Positions 40,654 through 49,653 of a stretch of 64,000 nt of DNA are shown here, one piece after another. The first letter of the stretch is position 1; each line of letters starts with the position of its first letter. Position numbers and translations under genes: made by a program. Origin of the DNA: Veleropilina oligotropha. Its lineage: Eukaryota. The stretch is taken from contig JBEUKZ010000069.1 in assembly GCA_048128005.1 (NCBI GenBank), positions 62,001 to 126,000 on the forward strand, written 5' to 3'. The notes under the pieces are model-generated. The model saw nothing but the letters and a program-made list of their open reading frames with translations. It searched no databases and was not told the DNA's origin.

Positions 40654-40914
40654 GTGACTCTAAACACTGGGCCAAATGCAGCGGAAATTATTGGCAAAGT
40701 TTATGTAATCGTCTGCATGTATACCAATGTCCATAATACAACTTTTTTTTATTATTGGAATTGTTTGTGCAATTTATCTCTTGACATTTATACCCTTCTG
40801 ACGTTTTCTCTTGACTGTGCCATTTTATCCCAAAGCATAGAGCCATTTTTCCCTATGGGCGGCACTAAATGGCCCACCCAAAACATTTTTGTCTCAAAAC
40901 TCTTCAATATATAA

Positions 40915-41230
40915 GGTACGTGCGGATTGTCGGTGACTACCGTTTCGGCATATTTTTTGTGGCAGTCACGCAGGGACATGGATCGTTTCTTATCGTTCCT
41001 CTGTATACGTTCGACGATTAGCGCAGTTCAATGTTCCTATATTTTAGTCAATATGATATAGCAACAGTGAACTGCGCTGATCGTCAAACGCAAATAAACG
41101 AACGATAAGCAGCGACACAGGCCCCTGTGGGCAGTCGCGATATATGCGCGTGCGATTGGGGGTAGTTTCAAGTGTTTGCAGTTATTAATTGTCTGTATAT
41201 TCATGACCAAGAGCCAATAGGCGTATTCGA
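40915..41230. mobile_element. MITE-like hairpin element; a related interrupted copy lies at about 25915-27060
   Basis: Internal inverted repeat (CTTATCGTTC...GATTAGCGCAGTTCA / TGAACTGCGCTGATC...GAACGATAAG). The same blocks occur at 25930-26030 and 26865-26975. Confidence 0.6.
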
Positions 41231-42150
41231 ATCGCACTTTTCGTAGAGTTATTTTCGATTGTGAAGCATGCTTTGTATTCGGATGGCACCGATGACGTCA
41301 TTCAGAGGAAAAATTGCTCAACTACGATAATATTTAATGCTCTTACTTTCTGAATATGAAGTCTTATAATCATCAATACGCCGCCGTGGCTGGTGAGTCA
41401 GTTGCTGGGGCTTCTGACACTGAACCGAGACTGTTGGGACCAATGGGTGAGCCAGAGAAGTGCCCAACCGGCTGCTCATGCTACAACTTAAAATAATTGA
41501 AGGTATAATTATGCTCAGATCAGAGTGAAACCTTAAACCGGCTGCTTTGACAGTATGTGATAAGACTGAAAAATTGTCAAAAGTGGCAACCAACAGTTTA
41601 CTGTAATTCTCAATTAGAACAAAAACTCAATTCAACGTGAACTTATATTTAATACATGAAAGACGAAGAAAGTAGTTTATGGTTATACCCGTTTAATCAT
41701 ATGCGGTCATGTCGAAGTTATCTCGTCTGGAAAGCCTCGAATATATGATATGCACTCCCACTCCTTCGGACAGTTACGACCATCATTACATGGGTGTGTG
41801 TTTATATGCGTCTTCGACCGAGATTACAAATTGATATTATATAATACTGGAACAGAAACACTGCAGTTTATCAAGTGGATTTGTAATGGTTCTCTGACCA
41901 CTGTGGATATAACAAGATGTATCGCTGTGTAATATGACACCTTTGAAACAGTATTAACCGAATAAAATAAAGTAATTGGGATATTCCCTCTGAATATGAT
42001 CATCCTATCAAATGTGTGTAAACAAATATCAACCAGTGACTCTGGCCCCAATGATACGGACAAAGCAATTGCATATATACATATATGCAAGGAACCATAA
42101 CAAAAAATCTGCTCGTACATGGACATCGAAGATATGCGGTGCACGAGGGT

Positions 42151-42410
42151 AGCAGCAGGGGGGGTGACCATACCTTTTATCTGGGGGTGCGGCGAGGGAA
42201 ATTAAGGCTCTCAGCACTTTTCAGAATTAATATGGATCTCAACTCAGCAGCAGGGGTGATCATACCTTTTATAATGGGAAAATAAGGCTCCCAGCACCTG
42301 TTCCGGGGGGGGTGACCATACCTTTTATCTGGGGGCGCGGCGAGGGAAATTAAGGCTCCCAGCACTTTTCAGAATTAATATGGATCTCAACTCAGCAGCA
42401 GGGGGGGTGA
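42151..42410. repeat. Left terminal inverted repeat
   Basis: Reverse complement of 58104-58363 with no mismatch found by eye; imperfect similarity continues for about 50 bp. Confidence 0.95.
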
Positions 42411-42648
42411 GTGTACTCTAATAGAATGGGAAAATAAAGCTCCCAGCACCCGCTCCGAGCCTAGGGTAGCTTAGAGTAGGGATGAATGCACCTTTTCCGA
42501 CCCAACGTAGACTATATAGAGCCCCCGGGGACGGCCCACTACCCGAGCCGGCCCGGGCTCCTCAGTTATGCGAGCAGCAGCAGGGGGGGGGGGGGTCAGT
42601 GTACTTTTTAGAATGGCAAAATAGCAGCCCGGCGAAGGCTACAGGACA

Positions 42649-42837
42649 TCACTGAGGGCCCGCCAGTGTTTGATTTCGTGCAACTCCCTTTCTACCGTCT
42701 TTGGTCTTCTTCTTATATATCGCTTGTTCACCATTGTCGAGTACAACGATCAAAACGTTATAGCCCCGGTTTAAGAGGTTTTTAACGCGCCTGAAGCTCC
42801 GTTCGCTGTACAGCGTAGGAATGTCTTCCTGCGGCAT
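42649..42837 (-). CDS. Small basic hypothetical protein (MPQEDIPTLY...)
   Basis: ATG at 42837 within the ORF-track frame 42649-43002; lies between two 42-bp direct repeats. Confidence 0.35.
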   Translation of the reverse strand: MPQEDIPTLYSERSFRRVKNLLNRGYNVLIVVLDNGEQAIYKKKTKDGRKGVARNQTLAGPQ

Positions 42838-42985
42838 GTTGCTTTCAAGTATAACTACACAACGTCTAACATGCCGATATAGTAGTATGTAGTACGAGCC
42901 CGTAGGGACGGCCCACAACCCTCGCCGGCCCGGGCTCTCTTTTAGACATACCCATCGGACGGGTATATCCAATGCAAAGGATACG

Positions 42986-43261
42986 ATGTGGGGAACGGAC
43001 ACCTGTCAATGGCTCACCATCAGCTCCACGGAGCTATGTGGTAAGAGATGTCTGAACACGTATTGCAAAGTCCACCTGGCTCGGCTACGGCGAAATGGCT
43101 GGGGCACAAAGCCCTGCATCAAATGCGGCAAAGGCGTCTTTAACCGGTTTACGTTGTGCCGGGGTTGTGGGTATCAGAATGAAGACGTTAAGGACTGGCA
43201 ACGAAAGAAAAGGGCCTTCCAGAGAGAGTTTCGCCGCATGGCTGCAATCTACCACACGTAA
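42986..43261 (+). CDS. Small Cys/His-rich, probably zinc-binding protein
   Basis: C..CxxxC..CxxH and CxxC...CxxC motifs; ends 15 nt before the large replication ORF. Confidence 0.65.
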   Translation: MWGTDTCQWLTISSTELCGKRCLNTYCKVHLARLRRNGWGTKPCIKCGKGVFNRFTLCRGCGYQNEDVKDWQRKKRAFQREFRRMAAIYHT

Positions 43262-43276
43262 TTTCCTATTAGAGAA

Positions 43277-46200
43277 ATGATTTGGCGTAGTGTATACCCC
43301 CCCAGCAACATGGATGACCTGCGCAATCTAGCGAAAGATTATGGGATTCCCGCTCGGTCGAAGCTCAAGAAGCACGACCTCATCAGGGCAATCGCCAGGG
43401 TCCGTGCTGCGGAGTTTCGGAGCAGACTCGAGCGGGCGATGAAAACGGGAAGGTTCCCCTCCATACGTGGAGATGTGGAGAACCCCCACAAAAGAGGCCG
43501 ACGTGCTCGCGAGTTGCGGCAGATTAAGGACGAGGTCGACGCCGCCCTGCAGGCTCGTAAATACGAATCCCAGGCTGAGAAAAATCCCAGGATTCGACTG
43601 AAGCCACTTCGCGCCATCGCGGATCGAATCGTCAAGCGGTCTCGGAAAGAGACCCTTGCCCATGCTATTGCTCGGAAGGGGCCCGATCTTCTCATCTCCA
43701 AAACGCCCCGGACAGCCCAGGACTACCAGAAGGATCTTCTAGGGCAATTTACCACACCCGAGGGACAACGATTCATCGACCTGGATGACCAGGTCCCTCC
43801 CCCAGTAAGGCTCCCAGCAAAAGAGCCATGGGTGGAACTCTTGAGCGACGCCAAAGACGAGTTTGAGGTCGATGGCGCTGCGGCGGCTTTCTCCACATGG
43901 AGGGTAGAAGTGGCTGGACGGCTGGCCCTGGATGCCCGTATGACAGATGCAAGGGCGGCACAGCTCCTCACAGCCCTTCCAAAGGGCGAGTATGTCCTTA
44001 GAATAAAGTTCTTGCGTGAGTGGGGTGAAGGTGACTGGGTGGTCGAAGACAAGTTTGACCCGGTGAAAGCTGCGAGGAAGAAGGGCCAGGGTGTCTTTGA
44101 GATCTCTCAGGACACTAAGCCGGGTGCTATCACCGGGGTCGACAAGGTCTACTACGAGAATGCCTACCCGGTCACTGCAGTCGTCTACGGCGTCTATCCT
44201 CTCAGAGAACCAAACCCCGCCAACCTGGTTCCGATGAAGAACGGCGACCTCAACTGCGTTGCCCAACGAGTGGTTGAGCACTTCGAAGGTGCCCTTAGAG
44301 GACACGGACTCACCCCGACAAGGCGGCAGAAAATACTGGAGTGGGAAGAGCGAGTCCATGTAACAGGCGCCACTGTGGATGATATAGCTACCCTCGAGAA
44401 GATCCTCAAACGGGCGATCACCTTGAGAGACATTGCAGGTGCCGACATCTACAACAGTGGGAAATACCAGGCCAGTATGTGGAAGTCCATAGAACTCATC
44501 TGTCACAACGGCCACGCCTGGTCGAAGGACCTACACTTTCCGCAGTCTCGCGAGGTCCACCTGTATGAGGGCGATGTCTGGGAAGCTATCCGACAAGCCA
44601 CCCAGAATGAGCCATTGGCTGTCTGGCTCCTTGGCGGTAAAGACCGACAGCTTGGCGTGGACCAGTTCGTGCTTCAGGACGGCCGCACGTACAGGACAAA
44701 AGAGACTCACGAGATACTCCAAGAAGCCTGTACAGCGCTGGGAAACGAGTCCCTAGCCGATCGAGCCTTTGGCGTGAACCATGCAGCTAGCATTATGGCT
44801 AAAGAGACCAACGGCTGGAAACCCACCCCGGCGAGCCTGCTCGATGACATCCAGAAGGCCTGTGTAGAGCATGGCCACGGCGGTCTCTGGAATTCCATGA
44901 ACTACGATACGGGCGATGTCTGCTGCATCGACATGAAAGCCTGCTACCCTGCCAGCTTTCTGGGGAAGGGCGAGGCTAAGCCGTACTTCGAAAGATTCGG
45001 GCACCCAACCCACAGCATGACCCGGGTCGCAATTAACGGTCCTCTACCCCGAGAAATCGGTACCGGGTTTGCCGAGGTCGTGGAATGGGAGTTCGCACAA
45101 GACATCCACCCCGTCATTGTAGCATGGTTCGGGAAGCACTTTGCAGAGAATGGATGGGCACCAACCCCGCTGCTCGCCTTCCTCATAGACTCTGGACTGC
45201 TAAAAAGCCTCAAGATCCGAGAAGCCATCATCGCATTCAAAAAGCAGACCGATGTCTGGCTTCCTCCGGATCGTGACCAGGGCTGCAGTATCATCGGCAA
45301 ATTCACCCAAGGCGCCAAAGCTGACGGAAAGCGATTGACTCGTAGACTGGTGACCGACCAGGGTGAGCTCGACTTCCTCGTAAGAGACACCCGCCAAAGC
45401 GGCACCCTGGTTGGCGCTCCTCAGAGATGCCCTATGGGGCACATCCTCACGTACTATGATGGCTCCCAGCCTCAGTACGCCCACCTGAGGGCGTCCATGT
45501 TGGCCTATGCCCACATAAACCTCTTGAGCATGCTTCAGCGTTTCAGTGCAGCAGAAGCCGTCCGAGTAGCCACTGACAGCATCTACCTCAAGAAGGCCTC
45601 GTTGGAGAAGCTCGACGATGTCACGGTGTACGTTGCCCCCAGACTCTGCGGCTGTGGCGAGAAATCGTGCATCTCATGTCTGATCGCGGAGCCGTACCTT
45701 CCGCCAGTAGCACCAGCCCAGTGGCGTGACAAGGGCGAACAGCTGTATATGCCACAGGAACATGCCGCATACCTACCCAAGCCAGAGTATTGTTGTGCCG
45801 CCAATTCCAGCCAGCCGAGCACCGCGCCATGCTACAATGACACACTGACCCACCATCGCCTGAGTTACCTCAACGGTGGAGGGGGCTGTGGCAAGACTAC
45901 GAGAGCGATCGAGCTCTTTCGGGCAAGGAATCCCGTCGTGTTCACACCAACCCACCGCCTCGCTAAAGAGATGCGGACCAGAGGCGTCAAAGCCCAGACC
46001 TACCACAGCTTCTTCCGATGGAGCGGCCAGAATGACTGGACGCCTGACCGCATGGGTCAGAAGTTCATCCCGCGCGTCATTATCTGGGACGAGGTCTGTA
46101 CTGTTCCCCGGGCTATTCTAGAGATGTTCTTGGACTGGCTGGGCCGCCACGAAGTGCAGGTTATCTGCTGTGGTGATCAAGGCCAGCCACCACCGATTAC

Positions 46201-47146
46201 GGGCGAGATGCCGCACGATTGGCTGCGAAAGACCGCGGACTACTATGAAGAGATCGAAGTAGACTACAGGGCGAAAGACGACCCTGCCCTCCAAGCCCTG
46301 AAAAGACGTATCCGTCTCCAGCCCGACAAAGTCCAGTGCGACGAGATGCGACGGACCCTCCCCAGCTGCCTCGGATGGGACCGGTTCGTCAACACCTGGA
46401 AGCCAGGCGACCTAATCCTCACAAGCCGTCAGAAGGTCCGCGAACGGGCTCAAGAGCTGTTGCTCCAGAGGCACAAGGAGCACTTCCCAGACTCCATGGT
46501 GCCTATCCTGTACCACCCCAGGGACAGCAGAAAACAGAACATCATGGTAACCATTCCGGGCACCGATGAAAGAGAGGAGCTAGTTCTCAACGACGTCGTT
46601 GAGGTCACGATTGAGGCCGCTGAGCGGGCTATCCTGACCCCGGATTGGCGCCTGGGCTATGCTCTGACCATCCATTCGAGCCAGGGTCTTACGATTCACG
46701 ACCCACAGAAAGTCTGGATCATCGACGACTACCTTCAGTGGAGTAATCTCGCCTACCTAGCCGTGTCCCGGGTGGAGCTGCTGCGTCAGCTCGAACGGGT
46801 AACCTGTCCACCGGGTGAGGGTTCTGAGGACAAGCCCCGGCCCCAAACCGAGCAACAGCTCCGAAAGACCATCCAGAAAAAGCTTGTGGCGTACAAACGC
46901 CAGGACCAGGCAACGGGACTCCCGGGGTTTAACCTCAAGGTCGACGACATCCTGCGGCTCAGAGAGGCCCAAAACAACCGCTGCGCAGCATGCAACATAG
47001 AGCTGCTCTGGGCATATTCCCCGAAGGACACACAGCAGTTCAGTGTCGACCGTGTGGACAACAGCAGGGGCCACACCCGCGACAACGTGCGCTTAACGTG
47101 TCTGGAATGTAACCGGAAACGAGGATTTGCGGTTGTTAACGCCTGA
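43277..47146 (+). CDS. Replication polyprotein: HEH/Rho-N-like motif, OTU-like protease, divergent family-B polymerase, SF1 (Pif1/RecD-like) helicase, HNH/EndoVII-like nuclease
   Basis: DLRNLAKDYGI...KLKKHDLIRAI; NGDLNC (Cys327)...CHNGHAW (His413); HGG, DMKACYP, CSIIGKF, ATDSI; GGGGCGKTT, TPTH, IIWDE, GDQGQPPPI, YALTIHSSQGLT, YLAVSR; CAAC...SVDRVDNSRGHTRDNVRLTCLECN. The helicase call is strong; the PolB, OTU and HNH calls rest on motifs only. Confidence 0.85.
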   Translation: MIWRSVYPPSNMDDLRNLAKDYGIPARSKLKKHDLIRAIARVRAAEFRSRLERAMKTGRFPSIRGDVENPHKRGRRARELRQIKDEVDAALQARKYESQAEKNPRIRLKPLRAIADRIVKRSRKETLAHAIARKGPDLLISKTPRTAQDYQKDLLGQFTTPEGQRFIDLDDQVPPPVRLPAKEPWVELLSDAKDEFEVDGAAAAFSTWRVEVAGRLALDARMTDARAAQLLTALPKGEYVLRIKFLREWGEGDWVVEDKFDPVKAARKKGQGVFEISQDTKPGAITGVDKVYYENAYPVTAVVYGVYPLREPNPANLVPMKNGDLNCVAQRVVEHFEGALRGHGLTPTRRQKILEWEERVHVTGATVDDIATLEKILKRAITLRDIAGADIYNSGKYQASMWKSIELICHNGHAWSKDLHFPQSREVHLYEGDVWEAIRQATQNEPLAVWLLGGKDRQLGVDQFVLQDGRTYRTKETHEILQEACTALGNESLADRAFGVNHAASIMAKETNGWKPTPASLLDDIQKACVEHGHGGLWNSMNYDTGDVCCIDMKACYPASFLGKGEAKPYFERFGHPTHSMTRVAINGPLPREIGTGFAEVVEWEFAQDIHPVIVAWFGKHFAENGWAPTPLLAFLIDSGLLKSLKIREAIIAFKKQTDVWLPPDRDQGCSIIGKFTQGAKADGKRLTRRLVTDQGELDFLVRDTRQSGTLVGAPQRCPMGHILTYYDGSQPQYAHLRASMLAYAHINLLSMLQRFSAAEAVRVATDSIYLKKASLEKLDDVTVYVAPRLCGCGEKSCISCLIAEPYLPPVAPAQWRDKGEQLYMPQEHAAYLPKPEYCCAANSSQPSTAPCYNDTLTHHRLSYLNGGGGCGKTTRAIELFRARNPVVFTPTHRLAKEMRTRGVKAQTYHSFFRWSGQNDWTPDRMGQKFIPRVIIWDEVCTVPRAILEMFLDWLGRHEVQVICCGDQGQPPPITGEMPHDWLRKTADYYEEIEVDYRAKDDPALQALKRRIRLQPDKVQCDEMRRTLPSCLGWDRFVNTWKPGDLILTSRQKVRERAQELLLQRHKEHFPDSMVPILYHPRDSRKQNIMVTIPGTDEREELVLNDVVEVTIEAAERAILTPDWRLGYALTIHSSQGLTIHDPQKVWIIDDYLQWSNLAYLAVSRVELLRQLERVTCPPGEGSEDKPRPQTEQQLRKTIQKKLVAYKRQDQATGLPGFNLKVDDILRLREAQNNRCAACNIELLWAYSPKDTQQFSVDRVDNSRGHTRDNVRLTCLECNRKRGFAVVNA

Positions 47147-48134
47147 GAACCGGCGGCAGCTGGGTGTCACGAGGCACCACGAGAAGTTCCTCTCGAACGA
47201 AGCCACGCGGTGGTCCATCCAGCAAGTAGTAGAGCACAGGCTCGTCAGGCTTAGTGACGGAGCGTCCAAGCCTGTAAACTTTTAGAGACCACACCGGGTC
47301 AGTAGCACGGCGATGACCCCCCTCCAGCTCACCATCGTAGTAAAGGTAGCGAACATCTACGTCAGAGGGGAGTTTCTGTTCCTTCCCCTGTCGGCCTGGA
47401 ACAGTGGCGCCTGGCTTTTGGGCAACGCGAGGTGCCTTGATGGCGTCCTTGGGCTTTTTACCGGTCAGCCTGGTCACTTCCCCATTCAAGGCCGCAACTA
47501 CAGCTGCTAACCGGGCGACCCACTCAGTTGACCTTTGACCCTCTTTCGCAGACTCTGCAAACCGCATCTCTGTTGCATACTGGTGCCCGAAGAGCCGCTC
47601 AGCGAGCGTCCGGTTGAAGCGCTCCACAATGCCCTGATCGCGATGGATATCCACACGGCCACGCCTAACCTCGACGTTATTCTTTGCCAGCAGCTGGGAA
47701 ACCGCGCCCATAAACTCTCGCCCTGGATCGACTTGAAGCAGTTTCGGCCAGCCAAGAGGACTCCGCCTGTAGATTCGAGACAGAGCTTCAGCAACCCCTT
47801 TGGCCTCTTTTGTGACCAGAGGCTCAGCCTCTTTAAAGCGACTGGCCACATCAACCACAGTCAAAGCGTACTTATAGGTCTTGTGTCTGACCTTGTCATG
47901 GGGGAGAAACAGGAGGTCGGCTTGGTGAACCTCGTTTGGCGTTACGACGTCGAATTTTGGTCTTGGAATCCGCCGTGGCGCAGGTAAATAGATCTGCCAT
48001 ATAGCCTGCCTCTTAAGCCATGTCCGGGCCTCCACTTCAGACGCCTTGGCAGCGTCAGCTAGTTTCTTTATCGCGGCAATGCCTTTCCAGTAGCCCTTAG
48101 GGCTGTAGTACATCCTCGCAAGCTTACTATCCAT
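47136..48134 (-). CDS. Retroviral-type (rve, DDE) integrase, Polinton class
   Basis: YYSPKGYWKG N-terminus; HQADL (D), LTVVDVASRF, LQVDPGREF (D), GIVERFNRTL (E). First ATG at 48134. Confidence 0.93.
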   Translation of the reverse strand: MDSKLARMYYSPKGYWKGIAAIKKLADAAKASEVEARTWLKRQAIWQIYLPAPRRIPRPKFDVVTPNEVHQADLLFLPHDKVRHKTYKYALTVVDVASRFKEAEPLVTKEAKGVAEALSRIYRRSPLGWPKLLQVDPGREFMGAVSQLLAKNNVEVRRGRVDIHRDQGIVERFNRTLAERLFGHQYATEMRFAESAKEGQRSTEWVARLAAVVAALNGEVTRLTGKKPKDAIKAPRVAQKPGATVPGRQGKEQKLPSDVDVRYLYYDGELEGGHRRATDPVWSLKVYRLGRSVTKPDEPVLYYLLDGPPRGFVREELLVVPRDTQLPPVLRR

Positions 48135-48363
48135 CAGCAATGTATTCCAGTAAACTGATCAGTCTCCAACAGGCTTCAGCTTCCGGAGCCGGTCGCTGCG
48201 CAGTGGTCGCCCGTAGGTTGGTCGGGCCCGAGAGCACCAGGACCGCGAACCGCACCATAGTCTTTTCGTCGCGGCGCCAGCAGTCGAGTAACGTAGTACT
48301 ATAGCCGACCGCAAGCATAGCGCAGTACAGCTCTTCTGGGAGCCCCATTACTATACCTGGCAC
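48127..48363 (-). CDS. Small hypothetical protein
   Basis: Fills the gap in the minus-strand gene run; its stop overlaps the integrase ATG. Confidence 0.4.
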   Translation of the reverse strand: MPGIVMGLPEELYCAMLAVGYSTTLLDCWRRDEKTMVRFAVLVLSGPTNLRATTAQRPAPEAEACWRLISLLEYIADG

Positions 48364-48389
48364 ACGAAAAAAATGTCCACTGGAAATAA

Positions 48390-48818
48390 TTAGGCGAGCT
48401 TGTAGGCGACCAACCCGGTCGCAGCCATCCCCAGGATGATGAAGGTGATCTCACGTCCCTTCTGGGCATCGCTCGGTGTGTAGTAGTCAGACAGGGCGGG
48501 CTCAGGGCCACCCCCCAGGTCGGGGTCAAGGTTCTTGCCGGTGATCAATGCATACTCACGGATCGCGGCGTCAACATCCCGGAATGTGCCAACGGCATGA
48601 CCCTGGCGGCGAAGTTCAACGTTCAGCCAGTCGAGACGCTCTGCCCTCTGTTGTGACCATTTAGTCTGAGCAGCGTTGAGCTGTTCTACAGCAATGTCGT
48701 GGCGTTTACGCTCTGCATCGACACCGGAGCTGCGTAGCTTCGAGAAGAGGAAGTTGGAGCCGCTGAAGGCGAGGGCGTTGACGAGAGCGCCCCCAACCAG
48801 CATCGCAATGGAAGCCAT
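48390..48818 (-). CDS. Hypothetical membrane protein
   Basis: MASIAMLVGGALVNALAFSGSNFLF hydrophobic N-terminus, a helical middle and a C-terminal hydrophobic segment. Confidence 0.7.
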   Translation of the reverse strand: MASIAMLVGGALVNALAFSGSNFLFSKLRSSGVDAERKRHDIAVEQLNAAQTKWSQQRAERLDWLNVELRRQGHAVGTFRDVDAAIREYALITGKNLDPDLGGGPEPALSDYYTPSDAQKGREITFIILGMAATGLVAYKLA

Positions 48819-48849
48819 TGAAATGCTGCGATTATCTAGCAAGGTCCCA

Positions 48850-49089
48850 CTACTTCAATATATCGGCCGGAATGATGCCTTGCTTGATCAGCATGTCTTT
48901 CGTCGCCATGGCGAGCGATACGTCGAGGACGACCATCCCGACATCGTACCCCGTGAAGTCCAGTTTGGGGCTCGCTCCCTTGAATACCATCTTTGTCAGG
49001 CGTGCGTAGCCTATGGCGAGGCCTGACACTATAGCGGCGTGGTATACAGCGTTGCCGAGCATCTTTCCATCAGTGATTGGGGTAGTCAT
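48850..49089 (-). CDS. Small hydrophobic hypothetical protein (79 aa)
   Basis: ATG-initiated, co-oriented with neighbours, two hydrophobic stretches. Confidence 0.7.
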   Translation of the reverse strand: MTTPITDGKMLGNAVYHAAIVSGLAIGYARLTKMVFKGASPKLDFTGYDVGMVVLDVSLAMATKDMLIKQGIIPADILK

Positions 49090-49125
49090 AACTGTTGAGT
49101 ACTATAGAAATGCTACCGTTTGCGA

Positions 49126-49653
49126 CTATTGCATATGAAAAGGGTTCTGCTTCTTCAATTCGATAGTGGGGGCGGCCCGAGAGCACCGAGCGTCCGCGTC
49201 TGGTGGCTGTTGATGTGGTGTGGATGGACCAGGGTTGCTGCGTTCTGAGGACGTCTTCCAGACAACAAATACCAACGCAACCGTACCGGCAGCGACGGCT
49301 ACCTGGGTCCAATTAAATGGGTCCGATTTCCGTGTATCTGGCGCACGCGGTCTTTCTGCGGCTGGAACCGCCTCCCCGGGCTGTTCTGATGGAACGACAA
49401 CACTTGTTGGGGCACTCAGGTCTTCTTTCATTTTTCGAACCGCGGCCAGTAGCTTCTCCTGCTTGGCTTTTCGAGCAGCAGCGCCGGCCCGACCTGCAGC
49501 CACTTTTTTCGGGTCCTTTTTACTCACTGATGAGTCCGTCGAAGAAGTCACCCTCTCTATCGGCTGGCTCTCGATCGGCTGTCTCTCGATCACTTGGTCC
49601 ACTTCCGGCGTTGTCATCTTGATCTGGTATCTTAGGCGGGCAAACATGTCCAA
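49126..49653 (-). CDS. Hypothetical protein with a basic KKDPKKVAAGRAGAAARK motif and one TM segment
   Basis: Basic helix plus VAVAAGTVALVFVVW; the real start may be MTTPEV (about 49617). Confidence 0.65.
   Translation of the reverse strand: MDMFARLRYQIKMTTPEVDQVIERQPIESQPIERVTSSTDSSVSKKDPKKVAAGRAGAAARKAKQEKLLAAVRKMKEDLSAPTSVVVPSEQPGEAVPAAERPRAPDTRKSDPFNWTQVAVAAGTVALVFVVWKTSSERSNPGPSTPHQQPPDADARCSRAAPTIELKKQNPFHMQ

Noticed and set aside
42029..42365. Identical 62-aa ORFs at both element ends (42177-42365 and 58149-58337)
   Set aside because: A consequence of the TIR sequence; non-ATG starts and no coding signal.
45860..46800. Helitron RepHel interpretation of the Pif1-like helicase
   Set aside because: No HUH Rep motifs were seen upstream, and the ORF lies in a TIR/TSD-bounded element with integrase and capsid genes.
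43328..47085. Minus-strand and alternate-frame ORFs overlapping the replicase
   Set aside because: No recognisable motifs; expected by-products of a long GC-rich ORF.
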